A DNA stretch of 64,000 nucleotides, taken from contig OX597822.1 of assembly GCA_951406725.2 (NCBI GenBank), positions 24,304,001 through 24,368,000 on the forward strand, written 5' to 3'. The notes under the pieces were generated by a model. That model saw only the letters and a program-made list of their open reading frames with translations, did not search any database and was not told the DNA's origin. This document shows positions 15,154 to 29,565 of this stretch, in pieces (position 1 is the first letter of the stretch; each line of letters begins with the position of its first letter). A program made the translations under genes and the position numbers. This DNA comes from Octopus vulgaris. Its lineage: Eukaryota.

Positions 15154-16508
15154 CTATGTATATGTATATTTATCTCTCTCTCTCTCCTTAACATATATAT
15201 CATCATCATCATCATCGTTTAACGTCCGCTTTCCATACTAGCATGGGTTGGACGATTTGACTGAGGACTGACGAACCAGATGGCTGCACCAGGCTCCAGT
15301 CTTGACCTGGCAGAGTTTCTACGGCTGGATGCCCTTCCTAACACCAGCCACTCCGAGAGTGTAGCGGGCGCTTTTATGTACTACCGGCATGGGGGCCAGT
15401 CAGGCGGTACTGCCAACGACCACGCTCGAATTTAATAAAATTTTTTTTAAGCATACGGCACAGGTGCCAGTAAGGCGATGCTGGTAACGATCCGTATATA
15501 TGCACTTGTGTGTGTATGTGTGTGTGTCTTTGTGTTTGTACCCCCACCATTGCTTGACAACCGATGTTGGTGCGTTTACATCCCCATAACTTAGCAGTTA
15601 GGCAAAAGAAATTGATAGAATAAGTACTAGGTTTACAAAGAACATATTCTGGGGTTGATTTGTTCAACTAAAACCCTTTAAAGCAGTGCTCCAGCATGGT
15701 CACAGCCAAATGACTGAAACAAGTAAAAGAATAAAAGAAATGCTGCATAGAAATCAGCCAGTTTACGGTACGGGCACTCTGGGCAGTTGCCCGGGGGTTT
15801 CAAGGGTCTAGGGACCTAATTCAGATTTATGTATGCAGTGGCTTGCTGTCAATAAATAAATACTACAGGGCTCAGTGAACTGATTTTCCCGGGTTGGAGT
15901 TGGGGGTGGGGTCATAATGTTTTTAAGAAAGCCCTGGTAACAACTTGCTGCACATAAATAATTTATATTATCAGACCTAGCAGCATTTCGTCCGTCTTTA
16001 CATCTGGGTTCAAATTCCACTAGGTCGACTTTGCCTTTCATCCTTTCAGGGTCGATAAATAAGTGTCAGATGAGCACTGGAATCGATTTAATCGACCTAC
16101 CCACTACCCTGAAATCACTGGCCTTGTGCCAAAATTTGAAATCAGTATTATCAGACAGTCAGCCTTGTATCCAGTGCCAGATTTAGGGGTCAGTGAAACA
16201 AGCTGCAGCTATAAGGCCTCACAATACACAGGAGTCTCAGAATAATTAAAGGGCAATTATGTCTCAGATTTTTAGTGCTTGTGATTTTTGTAACATTTTA
16301 AAAAAGGACCTCCAACTTTCATATAGCTTAAGGTCTCACAAAGTCCAGATCCAGAGCTGTTTGTACCATTACACAAACGATTCTTCTGCTACTTCATCTC
16401 ACCATCTTGGACAGTGAAAAGTGCTATACCTGATGAGTTATTAAATGAGGATAAAAGCGGTCAGCTCGATGTTCATTAAAAGCTAGCTACCAATAAAAAA
16501 ACCCTACC

Positions 16509-16890
16509 ATCATCATCATCGTTTAACGTCCGTTTTCCATGCTAGCATGGGTTGGATGGTTCGACCGGGGTCTGGGAAGCCAGGAGGCTGCACCAGGCTC
16601 CAGTCTGATCTGGCAGTGTTTCTACAGCTGGATGCCCTTCCTAATGCCAACCACTCTGTGAGTGTAGTGGGTGCTTTTTACGTGCCACCAGCATAGGTGC
16701 CAGGGGAGGCTGGCAACGGTCACAATCAGTTGGTGGTTTTTATGTGCCACCAACACAGAAGCCAGTCAAGGTGGCGCTGGCATCAGCCACGTATGGATGG
16801 TGCTTTTCACATGCCACCGGCACAGGTGCCAGGGTAGGCTGGCAACAGCCACGGACGGTTGGTGCTTTTTATATGCCACCGGCACATGGA
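16509..16890 (-). mobile_element. SINE family C with (GAT)n tail and GGAAGGGCATCCAGC domain; other copies at 15198-15490, 19065-19560, 27215-27583(+)
   Basis: Four recognisable copies share the 3' end ...GGACGTTAAACGATGATGATG. Confidence 0.8.
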
Positions 16891-17305
16891 TGTAATTTTA
16901 CACTGAGGTTACATACATGTAAATAAGACACAATTTATGCAATCCCTGATGATTTGTTAAATAGAAATGAAACCAGTTACTCCAATCCCCATTAAAAGCT
17001 AACTACCTTTAAAAATCCATCAAAGGTCTTGAGATTACAAACATGTAAATAGGACACTGTTTATTTATTTATTTATTTATTTATTTGTTCATTTGCAATT
17101 GACAATGGATTTGTAAATTCAGCCAAGATTCATTCCTTGTGGAAAGTTATTCACAAAGTGGCTCAGACCTGAAAACAAATCTAATTGTTCAATTTGCATA
17201 ACAAAAATACTTACACACACACACACTCTCTCTCTCTCAAAGATGCGCATGTGTGCACACACACACACACACACACACACATGAAAGTGCTCAGCTCATA
17301 CTGAA

Positions 17306-17600
17306 GGAGGAGGAGGAGGAAGAAGAAGAAGAAGAAGAAGAAGAAGAAGAAGAAGAAGAAGAAGAAGAAGAAGAAGAAGAAGAAGAAGAAGAAGAAGAAG
17401 AAGAAGAAGAAGAAGAAGAAGAAGAAGAAGAAGAAGAAGAAGAAGAAGAAGAAGAAGAAGAAGAAGAAGAAGAAGAAGAAGAAGAAGAAGAAGAAGAAGA
17501 AGAAGAAGAAGAAGAAGAAGAAGAAGAAGAAGAAGAAGAAGAAGAAGAAGAAGAAGAAGAAGAAGAAGAAGAAGAAGAAGAAGAAGGAAGAAGAAGAAGA
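17306..17600 (+). repeat. Long pure (GAA)n tract, roughly 90 units
   Basis: Directly visible. Explains the poly-Glu ORF. Confidence 0.97.
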
Positions 17601-18146
17601 AAGGTGTAGGAATTTTAGTTATTCATGCTTGCAAATTCTATGTAAATATATCTTTATATGTGTCAACATTCACTTACAGAGAAAAATGAACTATGTCGAG
17701 ATTAGGCAGTGGCAGGGATGGTCAGGTGGGAAAAAGAGAGAGAGAAAAAAAAACAAACAACAAATACACATGTTCTTTTTGAGACATGTACAACGTCTGT
17801 GTTCTTTGAGTAAATGATGACATTTTTACTTAAATGTATGAATATCTGGCATGAGAAAACACCATGGCAGCAAGTAATGTGTATTACAGTACAGAGACAG
17901 AGGTACCAGTAGCTTAGAGAGTCACCTGGGTGTGCCATAAGCAGTTAAGGGATTTAAGCGTAATGCAGTTTAGGGGATTTTGAAAAAAAAAAAAATTGGA
18001 GTAAACTGATCGGAAGTGATGACAGTGACATCTCGTTTGGATTAAGTTTCACTTGTTATCCGCACATCACCCATTAAGATTGTTTTCCCTACCCACACTT
18101 TCATTGAATGCCTCTTGCCTATAGTAGAAAGGATTATTATGATATC

Positions 18147-19030
18147 AAGGTGGCGAGCTGGCAGAATCATTAGCATACTGGGCAAAATGTTTAACAGTAT
18201 TTCTTCTGTCTTTACGTTCTGAATTCAAATTTCGCAAGGTCAACTTTGCCTTTCATCCTTTCGGGGTCAATAAAATAAGTACAAGTTGAGTGCTCCCCTC
18301 CCTGAAATTGCTGGCCTTGTGTCAAAATTTGAAACCATCATCATCATTATAAAGGCAGTGAGTTGGCAGAATTGTTACCGCACTGGGTGAAATGCTTAGC
18401 GGTATTTTGTCTGCTGCTACTTTCTGAGTTCAAATTTCGCCAAGGTCGACTTTTCCTTTCATCCTTTCGGAGTCGATTAAATAAGTACCAGTTACACACT
18501 GGAGTCGATATAATCGACTTAATCCATTTGTCTGTCCTTGTTTGTCCTTTCTGTGTTTAGCCCCTTGTGGGTAGTAAACAAATAGGTATTTTGTCTGCCG
18601 TTACGTTCTGAGTTCAAATTCCGCCAAGGTCGACTTTGCCTTTCGTCCTTTCGGAGTTCAAATTCACCGAGGTCAACTTTACTTTTAGTTCTCTCAGGGT
18701 CGGTAAATTAAATACCAGTGAAACACTGGGGTCGATGTAATCATCTAATCCCAACCCCACCCCACCCCCAAAATTTCAGGCCTTCTGCCTATGATAGAAA
18801 GGATTATTATTATTATTATTAAGACAGCGAGCTGGTAGAATCATCCCCACGCTGGACAAAATGATTTTCAGCATTACTCCTGGCCCTTTACAAATCTCGC
18901 TTTGGTGGAATTTGTATTTCATCCTTTCAGAGTCAATAAAACTAGTACCAATTGATCACTGGAGTCACTTTGATTGACTTACCAACTCCCTGAAAATAGG
19001 TCTTGTGCTTTCGGTAAGAAACAGAAAGGA
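18147..19030 (+). mobile_element. Tandem cluster of SINE family A (head AAGGCGGCGAGCTGGCAGAA, B box GAGTTCAAATTCC); many other copies, e.g. 143, 22080, 25400, 33065, 35047, 35655, 36800, 43860
   Basis: About five head-to-tail full or partial units, each with the conserved GCCTTTCATCCTTTCGGGGTCGA domain. Confidence 0.85.
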
Positions 19031-20036
19031 TTATATGTTTACTAAAGGCCTTTGTGAAGGACATATCATCACCATCATCATCATCATCATCATTTAATGT
19101 CCGTTTTCCGTGCTAGCACGGGTTGGACGGTTCGACCAGGGTCTGGGAAGCCAGGAGGCTGCACCAGGCTCCAGTCTGATCTGGCAGTGCTTCTGCTGCT
19201 GGCTGCCCTTCCTAACGCCAACCACTCCGTGAGTGTAGTGAGTGCTTTTTACGTGCCATCGGCTCAGGTGCCAGGGGAGGCTGGCAGTGGCCACAATCAG
19301 TTGGTGCTTTCTATGTACCAACGGCACAGAAGCCAGTCAAGGTGGCGCTGGTATCGGCCACGTTCAGATGGTGCTTTTTACGTGCCACTGGCACAAGTAT
19401 CACAACTACAATTTCCATTTGATTTTTATTTTGATGTTGATGTACTTGACTCAATAGGTCTCCTCAAGCACAGCAGATCACCCTACAATCCAAGGTAAGC
19501 ACAGCAGGTCGTTCTGCAATCCAAGGTACTTTGGATGGGATGGGGCTATGCGAAACTGGTGCAGGAAGCAGCCATGAACTCACATTATTTGTCATCCAGT
19601 CCTTGATGTTAGCAGTAATGTTTGAGAAACCAGTAATGGATATTTCTACGTATCCACATACTGTACATTGAGGTGAATACATATACGTGATTGCATACAC
19701 ATAAGTATGAGATGTGCATCGACGTCGGCTTTTATGCACTCAGATTGGTGTACAAAAATGCTTTTCCTGATGTGGAGGAGGATGAGATACTTCCAGATAA
19801 CTCTACGTCATTATAAATACGTTAAATCCGGAATTGACGCAATGACATACTTATCACATGATGTAAATAACTGTATGTAAAAAATAAATAAATAAAATGA
19901 AATTTTTTTTTAGATTCTATGCAAATCCGGTTGTGTTGACACTACTAGTACTATTGCTATTATTACAACCACCACTATTGCTATTATTACAACCACCACC
20001 ACCACCACCAATGCTATTATTACTGCTGCTATACTA

Positions 20037-21234
20037 TTGGGTCATCCCATAAATAATGCGGGGCTTTTTTATACTTCTTTTAATTTTAAAAATTAAGATA
20101 AACAAATTTCTTTTTTAATCTAAAATATACTCTCCTTCATTTTCTACAATGCACTTCCATCTATCTGGTAGAATTGCTAGGCCCCTCTTCCAAAATTCAT
20201 TTGTCCATGACAAAAAATACTCCTCCAGTGCTGTTCTGACCTCATCTACAGAATTCATATTTTTTCCATCCAAATGATTTTGAAGACTGCATAATAAATG
20301 ATAATCAGATGGGGCAATGTCTGGTGAATACGGTGGGTTGGGTATCATTTCCCATTCAAACTGCTCCAGCCTTTGGAATGTCATTCTCGCTGTATGTGGC
20401 CGAGCATTATCCTGATGGAAGAACACCTTTCGTCTTGAAACAAAAGGTGGTCGTTTTCCTTCTAGCTTTGACTTAATCCACTCAAGCTGCTCGCAATGTA
20501 TCTCCTTTGTTATCATTTGGCTTAGATTTAAAAGTTCAAAGTGGACTAAACCTTTCATATAACAACACCTTACATTAGTAAAGACCTTCTTTAGCCTGGA
20601 GTGCTGGTGTTTCTCCTTTCCCTACCCACTGTCATCAGCGCTTGACAAAGAAGAGCACACATTCACTCTCTGCACACAATTAAACTCAAAATGTTTGTGA
20701 GGAACCTGTTGACTCAATTTGCTGACTTTTCTGATGGCACGCAGGTGTTGATGAATGGTTGAATGAGCAATACCAAGCTTCTCTGCTAGTTCCCAAACAG
20801 TTATGATGGGATTTTGTTCCACCAGAGTTTGCAGGATGTCCTTGTCAAGCTATACAGATCTTTGAGGATGAGGCTTGTCTTCTAGGCTTTAGTTTCCGGC
20901 TTGGAATTTCTGGAACCACCATTGACACTGGCTTATGCTTATTATGCAATCCCCATAGTGTGAAGAATATTCCTCGCACTTCCCTTTGCATTATTGCCTT
21001 TATTGAACTCATAAAGCAAAATGTGCCGAATATGCTCCTTTACCACTTCCATTATAGCTTTGAAAAATAACTGTTAAAATCGAACTGCACTCTTCAAAAC
21101 TTGCACTAAGAATAAGTACAAGGTAAAATTACTACCTGATGTTATAGCAAGTTGATGCAGGTAGTTTATCCTGTTCCCCTCCGACTTTTAATACATGCAA
21201 TTGAAAAAACCACATTATATATGGGATGACCCAA
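20037..21234 (-). mobile_element. Mariner (Tc1/mariner) DNA transposon with pseudogenised transposase
   Basis: TIR TTGGGTCATCCCATA(A/T)ATAATG at both ends, TA TSD. Transposase from ATG 21052 (MEVVKEHIRHILLYEF) to 20115, with HQDNARPH and PYSPDIAPSDYHL; frameshifts and deletions. Confidence 0.95.
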
Positions 21235-23747
21235 TACTACTGCTGCTGTACTTCTACTACTACTACTACTACTAATGTCGCCACAACCACCACCAACAGC
21301 ATATATGTACTAATTGTTACTCTATCTGTAGCATCACATTTCTATGCAAAAAAGAAAAACAAACACAAAACCATAATAATGGTAATGGATTCATTTTAGC
21401 GAAAAGTAGAGCATTCTCTTATCGAAAAGAGAACAGAAGTAAAAGTTCCATATGCCATTAATGTGACCAGAACTTCAATTATTCATAATTGTTTTGCTGT
21501 TAATGCTGTCAACATTACAAGGCCAAATATCAGAGCAAGAACAAATTCTATGTGAAGAATTTAGAATTATGTCACTGAACACTTGAGATGATCTGGCACA
21601 AATACCCATTACTAGCTACAACAGACAACCTTTCTTATTCTTTCACTAATAATGGTAATGTAGAATAGAAGTCAATGACAGAATGTAACCCTTTCACTGT
21701 GATATCAAATTTTATGGTTATTCCAGTTATGATGTTAAATGTCTGTCAAAAAATAGAATTGGTATTTTCTGCAAATCACTTTGCTTCAGTAAGCTTGACA
21801 TTTCTCAAGAGAAAATAGTTTCAAACATGATATTCCTCAACAAAAGATAGAGTGGTATACAAAACTGTTTTCCGCAGTTAATGGGAATTAAATTTCGAGT
21901 GGATATATCTGATTACTGTATCTGCTTACCGCTGTAAAAGGGTTAAAACAACATTATCTATTGTGTCTTTTCTTTTATGATGCAAGTGTCATATAAGAGC
22001 CATTCAGCTGCTATTTTCAGCAGGTCTAACAAGTACATCAATGTAATATTACCTTAGATATACTATATTTGCAAAAAGAAAGGTGGCGAGCTGGCAGAAA
22101 CGTTAGTGCACCGGGTGAAATGCTTAGCGGTATTTCGTCTGCCGTTACATTCTGAGTTCAAATTCCGCCAAGGTTGACTTTGCTTTTCATCCTTTCAGGA
22201 TCGATTAAATAAGTACTAGTTATGCACTGGGGTCGATGTAATCGACTTAATACCTATGTCTGTCCTTGTTTGTCCTCTATGTGTTTAACCCCTTGTGGGT
22301 AGTAAAGAAATAGGTTTTTCGTCTGTCTTTACGTTCTGAGTTCAAATTCCGCCGAGGTCGACTTTGCCTTTCATCCTTTCGGGGTTGATAAATAAAGTAC
22401 CGGTTATGCACTGGGGTCGATGTAATCAACTTAATCCCTTCATCTGTCTTTGTTTGTCCCCTCTATGTTTAGCTCCTTGTGGGCAATAAAGAAATATATA
22501 TTTGCAGAAAGAAAAAAAAATGGCAAAATGGTTACAATTAGTTAATTGGAATTATTTTTGTAAACTGAATCTGTGCAGCTCAGTTTCAATTTCCAGTTAT
22601 AACTACCTCCACCTTCAATTTTAATCATCATCATCATCCTCATCATCATCATTTGTAGTAGTAGTAATTTATTTGAGAATGACATGAACGCCAAAATCTT
22701 TTCTCACTTCTAAAAATATAGCGAGAACTGGAGCCTTGTTAAGAAATCAACGCATCATAGATTTCACTTTTTATTCTAGTGGAATCTCAGAATTGGTTGC
22801 CCACAGCCAGACTGTTATCTTCAATGGATCTTTTCAGTTTGACACACTTCTTCCAATTTTATTATAAATTTCTACAAAGATGTAATTTGCATGCCAATTA
22901 AGAAAGTCATGACCATTTTTCTTTTCTTCACTTTTTCTAGAAATTAAAAATAAAGAAAAAAATTCACACTTTAAAAGATTGGAAGTTTTTGTAATTTCAG
23001 CCAATCAGATTTATCTATTCTTGATATCCTGTCCAGCAGACGATGTTACTTGTATATGTTCCCATAGCAACGAATTGAAACTATCTTGTGGTTAAGGGCT
23101 TATGAGGTAGGGTTTAGGATTTAGGGTTAGCGGCATTTCATCCATCTTTATGTTCTGAGTTCAAATTTCACCAAGGTTGACATTACCTTTTACTTTTTTG
23201 GGTTCAATAAAATAAGTACCAGTTGAGTACTAGGGTCAATGTAATCGACTTACTCCCTCACCTGTAATTTCTGGCCTTGAGACAAAATTTGAAGCCATTA
23301 GTAGGGTAATATCGTTCACTAATATAAACAAAGGCTGCACCGTAAAGGTAACAATATTGCTCTACTTGTGGCTCTCACAGTGGAATGGAGAAACCATGGT
23401 GTATTCCTTCACTTGAATAACAACATGCCTTGTGAGTAAATTTGGTCGATGGAAACCGAAAGACAACTGCTGTGTGTGCATGTTTGCATGTTTATGTTAT
23501 ATATATACTAGCAGATCTACCCATCTTTGATGAAATCAAAGAGTGAGGAAGGGCAGTCATAACAGCAGAATTAATCAAGGGGGTGGGGTGCAATTGTCCT
23601 AGGGGGTAGTTATCATCAGGGGGAATTGTCCTGATATGATAAATATATATGTATATATATATATATATATATGTCTATGTATATATGTATGTATATATAT
23701 GTGTATGTATATATGTATATATTCATATATATACATGTATATACATG

Positions 23748-23778
<31 letters not shown>

Positions 23779-23888
23779 CCACATCCTCGCATTGTAGTGT
23801 TTTCATGTTTGGATTAACTATATATATATATACACATATATATTTATGTGTATATATATATATACATACACATATATATATGTATGTC

Positions 23889-23922
<34 letters not shown>

Positions 23923-23933
23923 TATATATATGC

Positions 23934-23970
<37 letters not shown>

Positions 23971-24202
23971 CACATATATGCATGTATATATACATACACA
24001 CACACACAAACATATATACACATTTCTTTACTTGTTTCAGTTGAACAAATCGATCCCAGGACTTATTCTTTGTAAGCTGAGCACTAATTCTATTAGACTC
24101 TTTTACTGAACCGCTAAGTTATGGGGATGTAAACACACCAACATTGGTTTCAAGTGATGGTGGGGGGACAAGCACAGACACATAAATACTTACACACGCA
24201 CA

Positions 24203-24251
<49 letters not shown>

Positions 24252-26151
24252 ACACACACACACACACGACAAGCTTCTTTCAGTTTCTGTCTACCAAATC
24301 CACTCACAAGGCTTTGGTTTGTCTGAGGCTATAGTAGAAGACACTTGTCAAAGGTGCCACACAGTAGGATTGAACCCAGAACCATGTGGGTAGGAAGTAA
24401 GCTTCTTACTACACACCCACTCCTATTATTGTTTTAAACACACCAGTAAAGATTTTATTTCAGACAAACCCACAGAATCATTCCCATCAACGATATATAT
24501 ATACGTTAAGTAAGATGTATAGATTGTTATTTAAATTTAACACCATTTCAAATGCGTGCTCAGTATATGAAATATAATTGTAATGAATAGGGGTGGCTGT
24601 GTGGTAAGAAGTTTGCTCTCCGACCACTTTGTTCCTGGTTCAGTCCCACTGTGAAGCACCTTGGGCAAGTGTCTTCTATTATAGCCCCGGGGCGATCAAA
24701 GCCTTATGAGTAGACCTGATAGACGGAAACTGAAGAAAGTCCAACATATATATATATATATATATATATATCTAAGTGCATGTGTTTTTATGCTTGTGTT
24801 TGTCCCTCATTACCGTTTGACAACCAGTATTGGTTTGTTTACGTTGCCGTAACTCAGCTGTTCAGCAAAAAGAGACCGAGAGAATAAGTAGGAAACGTAA
24901 AAAAAAAAAAAATGCACCGAGGTCACTTTGTTTGACTAAACACTTCAAAGAGGTGCTCCAGCATGACCGCAGTGTAATAACCGACACAAGTAAAATGTAA
25001 CTATCTAGATTTGTTTTTAGTGATTTAACATTCCAGCTCATGTATCAGGTGCTGGTAAAAAATACTGGCTATATACTAAAGCACAAAACAATTGCCTATA
25101 AAAACCTTTCTAATAAATCTACGGCATTGAACCGAAAATGGAAATAAACGGTTGACAAATGTGGCTAGTAATGAGAGTTATCTCCCCTACTATAAAAGTT
25201 TGCAGAGATTACTCTCCCTTGTTGACTGGCTGAAAGCAACAATTTGCAAAGAAACAGCATTCTCAATCGAATCGATTTATTCTTCAAAATATTATTGGTT
25301 CTTACATCATCGATCTTAATAAAAAGTCTTAGTCCACTCTCAGCGCCGTGTTTGAAATCAAAATGTAAAAGTATTCCTTTTTAATATTTACGTTACAAAA
25401 GTGGCGTGCTGGCAGAATCGTTGGCACGCCGGGCAAAATGCTTAGTGACATTTCGTCCGTCTTAACGTTCTAAGTTCAAAATCCACCGAGGTCGACTTTG
25501 CCTTTCATCCTTTCGGGGTCGGTAAAATAAGTATCTGTTGAGCACTGAGGTTGATATAATCGATTTAACTCCTCCCAGAAACTGCTAGCCTTGTGCAAAA
25601 TTTGAAACCAATATTTAGTCACTCTGAAATTACACTCACACCGTCACAAAAAAAAAAAAAAAAAAAGAAAGACGGTCACGGTTGGACTGCCTTCAATTAT
25701 AGGTTCAGCCATGCCCATCCAGTCTTATTTTAAGACACTGTAATATCATAAAATAGTATCACATTTAGGATGCCTTAGGATAACACAAAAACATTCACGC
25801 ACACACAGATATATACATATATACACAAGCTTCTTTCAGTTTCCATCTACAAAATCAATTCACAAGGATTTGGTCAGCCGGAGGCAATAGTAGAAGACAC
25901 TTGTTCAAGGTGCCACACAATGGGACTGAACCTGGAACCATGTGGTTGGGAAGCAAGCTTCTTACCACACAGCCATGCTTGCATCTATGGTACTTTTATT
26001 GACCCTGAAAGAATGAAAGGCAAAGTTATTTACTAGGGTCAATACACTCAACTAAACCCTAGAAGGCAGTATCCCAGCATGGCTATAATCCAATAATCTG
26101 AAAGACTAAATGAAAAACTGAATATATATATATCACAATTTTAGATATTTC

Positions 26152-26157
26152 TTTATT
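26152..26157 (-). terminator. Candidate polyadenylation signal (AATAAA) of gene 1
   Basis: AATAAA on the minus strand about 740 nt after the stop, followed by T/GT-rich sequence. The AT-rich context makes a chance match possible. Confidence 0.3.
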
Positions 26158-26812
26158 AGTCTTACAAAAAATAATGTAAATGTATTTTTAATAGATCATT
26201 TCTTTGATTTCATTCCATAGTTCGCAGCTTCTTGCAAAAAGTAGGTAGGTAGATTCCATTGTATTAATGTAGAGATCTTAGTAACAACTGTTACATATGC
26301 CTCAGTATGTATGTGTGTGTGTGTGTGTGTGTGCGTATTTTAGCTAAACCAAATTAGGTTTTCAAGTTTCATCACTTGACAGTCAATGTATTATGAACCT
26401 CAATCCACAAAAAGCCAATTTAAGTAAATCATATACTCAACATCATGTATTGAGTATTCTGTTTGTCAGTCATCAATGGAAAGAAATCATTGAAAATATG
26501 CACATTTCCTTTTTTCTCCTTTTTCTTCTATTTCTTTTTTTTTTTCTTTTTCATAAAAATCTTTGCTTAAATCTTGCTTTTGTCTACAAGGTTTTGAATT
26601 GTTTTTCAGTGTATAGATTGTTTGTTTTTTCCAAGGAGGACGCAAATAAAAAAAGAAACAAAACGAAAACAAATATCGCGTCTCATTGAAATAATTGTCA
26701 AATATAAATCATAGATTGCTTTGTTTAAGAAAAAAAGAAAAACCATTACCATTAGTATTGTCACCAACCAAAGCATACACACTTGCTCACACACATGCTG
26801 ATATACTCAGAC

Positions 26813-26858
<46 letters not shown>

Positions 26859-26899
26859 TACACACATACACACACGCACATATAAAATGTATAATTTAA

Positions 26900-27036
26900 T
26901 CAAACAACACTATTAGTGTTTCTTTTCCATTTGGTTACCAAAGCATGTATAAGGGAAGGCACAATGGTGAAGCAACAAAATAGAGCTAGAAAATAATAGC
27001 ACGGAACGTAGCTTTCATATCGATCTTTGAGAACAC
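26900..27036 (-). CDS. SLC16-like gene 1, terminal exon 5 (SVLKDRYESYVPCYYFLALF...NSVV*)
   Basis: TTTTCTCACAG| acceptor, in frame, TGA stop at 26902-26900. The L.D...SY..Y segment followed by a hydrophobic helix matches MCT TM12. Confidence 0.9.
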
Positions 27037-28601
27037 CTGTGAGAAAAAACAAAAAACAAAATCTATATACATAGCATGATACTGCAACAAATAAATAAAG
27101 TAGAAAAATAAAAATTAAGGAGAAAAAAATGTAAAGACAGGGAATAGAAACAACAAGGTTTCTATTCTCACACACACATTTGGTTTTTCTGATTTCCTCT
27201 TATCACTTCATTTATGTTCGAGTGTGATCGTTACCAGCGTCGCACTACTGGCACTCGAGCCCCGTGCTAGTAGGGTAGTAAGAGCACCATCCGAGTGTGA
27301 TCGTTGCCAGTGTCACCTTACTGGCACCTGTGCCGGTGGCATGTGTAAAAGATTCGAGCGAGGTCGTTGCCAGTGCCGCCTGACTGGCCCCATGCCGGTG
27401 GCACGTAAAAGCACCCACTACACTCTCAGAGTGGTTGGCATTAGGAAGGGCATCCAGCTGTAGAAACTCTGCCAGATCAAGATTGAAGCCTGGTGCAGCC
27501 ATCTGGTTCGCCAGCCCTCAGTCATACATCCAACCCATGCTAGCATGGAAAGCAGACGTTAAACGACAATGATGATGATGATGATTCAAGGAAACCAGAT
27601 GGCAAATATTGAAGTTGTACTTGTCTGACAAGTAGTATGATCTTGAGACTGTAGCAAAACTCAAAACCAAGTTGTCAGATTATGAAGTTACAGCACAACA
27701 ATTCAAGTTGGATTATGGACCAATCAGCAGCAAGATTTCATGTGATAGATCATTCTGGATCCTTCTAGAATGTCTCAGTTCAGGTGTCAAAAAAGGCTTG
27801 TTTGTAACACCAACCTCCAGCGTGTGGCAAACCACATCCCAGCACTACACTCTCTCTTGCCGTTCATAATAGTTGTTTTCACACTCCTACTCAACCTGGA
27901 TATGATGTTACAGTTGGTGGATATGAATTTAATGTGTTTTCTCTTGTCTTGAAAAGTTTAAGTTCAGAGTTTTTGTAATTAACTGTTTATGAATGCTGCA
28001 GAAATGTGTTGACTTGTTGAGGAAACTTTAACTCATGACTAACCTGTGTAGTGAAATAAAAGTTATCAAATATTTGCATGGTGTTAAGTCACTCATACAC
28101 AGCTTTACCTACAAACTCCATTTGCAACAAGACTATTTGTTGAAACTAAAGCAATTACAGCAGAGAAGGTATTTTAGCCATTGGGGAAAAAAAAAAGACT
28201 CCTCACCCACAGAAACTCTTTTCTCATTTAATCATTTATTTGGTGTCATTTTCTTTGCAACAGAATTGCAGTGAATGTTGTGTCAGTGCCCAGGTCACAA
28301 ATTGTATGATGTAAATTTAGACATCAAATAATAAATGTAAGTGATGTTAAGAGTTTCCATGTATTTTCAAATGGCCAAAATGAGCCTTCTACACTAATTA
28401 GTGATAAAGTTAATGAAGTCACCTGATATCTACAGCCAATTCTTTCTTTTGTCCTTCGTTCCATTCGTCCTTTCTTCTGTTCATCCTTTTGGGCTTTCTT
28501 TCATTCATTCACTCCCAACCCAACCTCTCTCTCTCTCTCTCACACCTACCCTGCTGAAACACACGCACACACGTATGCATGCACACATGCACACACACAG
28601 T

Positions 28602-28908
28602 GGAGGCACATGGCCTAGTGGTTAGAGCAGCAGACTTGTGGTCGAGGGATTGCAGGTTCAAATCTCAGACCGGGCGATGTGTGTGTTTATGAGCAAAACA
28701 CCTAAGTTCCACGTGACTCCAGCAGAAGATAATGGCAAACTTCTGCTGACTCTTTCGCCACAACTTTCTCTCACTCTTTCCTCCTGCTCCTTGCAGCTCA
28801 CCTGTGATGGACAAGTGTCCCATCCAGGTGGGGAACCTATACGCCAAGGAAACCGGGAAACTGGCCCTCATGAGCCAGGCATGGCTTGAGAAAGAACAAA
28901 CAACAACA
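28602..28908 (+). mobile_element. tRNA-derived SINE family D with (CAA)n tail; other copies 44505-44770(+), 49995-50292(-), variants about 40190-40395(-) and 62110-62400(-)
   Basis: A box TGGCCTAGTGG, B box GGTTCAAATC, and a body shared among copies. Confidence 0.85.
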
Positions 28909-29565
28909 ATGCACACACACTCACACACTTCTTCCCCTTCTCTCAATGTATAAAAATGAATGTCTGAATATGTTTCAAGCCTTAAGTCATAATTTTGTCC
29001 ATGCTTAATTGAAATCTGATGCATCCCCACATCTTTTTGAGGAAAAGATCATAAGCTATGAAGTTTCTAGATTCTGCATTTGTTTTTATATATTTAATTT
29101 GTATATAGTTTCTACACATTTAATTTCATTTAATTCCACCTATTTTTGTTTTGTACATTTCTACTTGAGCCAAATTCTGAATTTTTTTTTTTATGTACTT
29201 AATGCTCAGTTGCTGGGACATAAAAACAAAACCAACACCAGTTGTCATACAGTGGTGGAATAGAGAGGCATACTCACAGACACACAACAAGCTTCTACAC
29301 AGTTTCCATCTACCAAATTCACTCGCAAGGAATTGGTCAGCATGATGCTATAGCAGGTGACATTTGTCAAAAGATTCTGCATAGTGGGATCGAACCCAAA
29401 ACTATGTGGTCACAAAACAAGCTTAATACCCACTCAGCCATACCTGTGCATGCATATGTATATTCTTTTACACTTTTTACATGTTTCAGTCATGTCATTT
29501 GACTGCAGCCATGATGGAGCACTGCCTTATGTACATATATTTATATATATATATATGTATATATA

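Noticed and set aside
17253-17609. Poly-glutamate ORF
   Set aside because: Only the (GAA)n tract.
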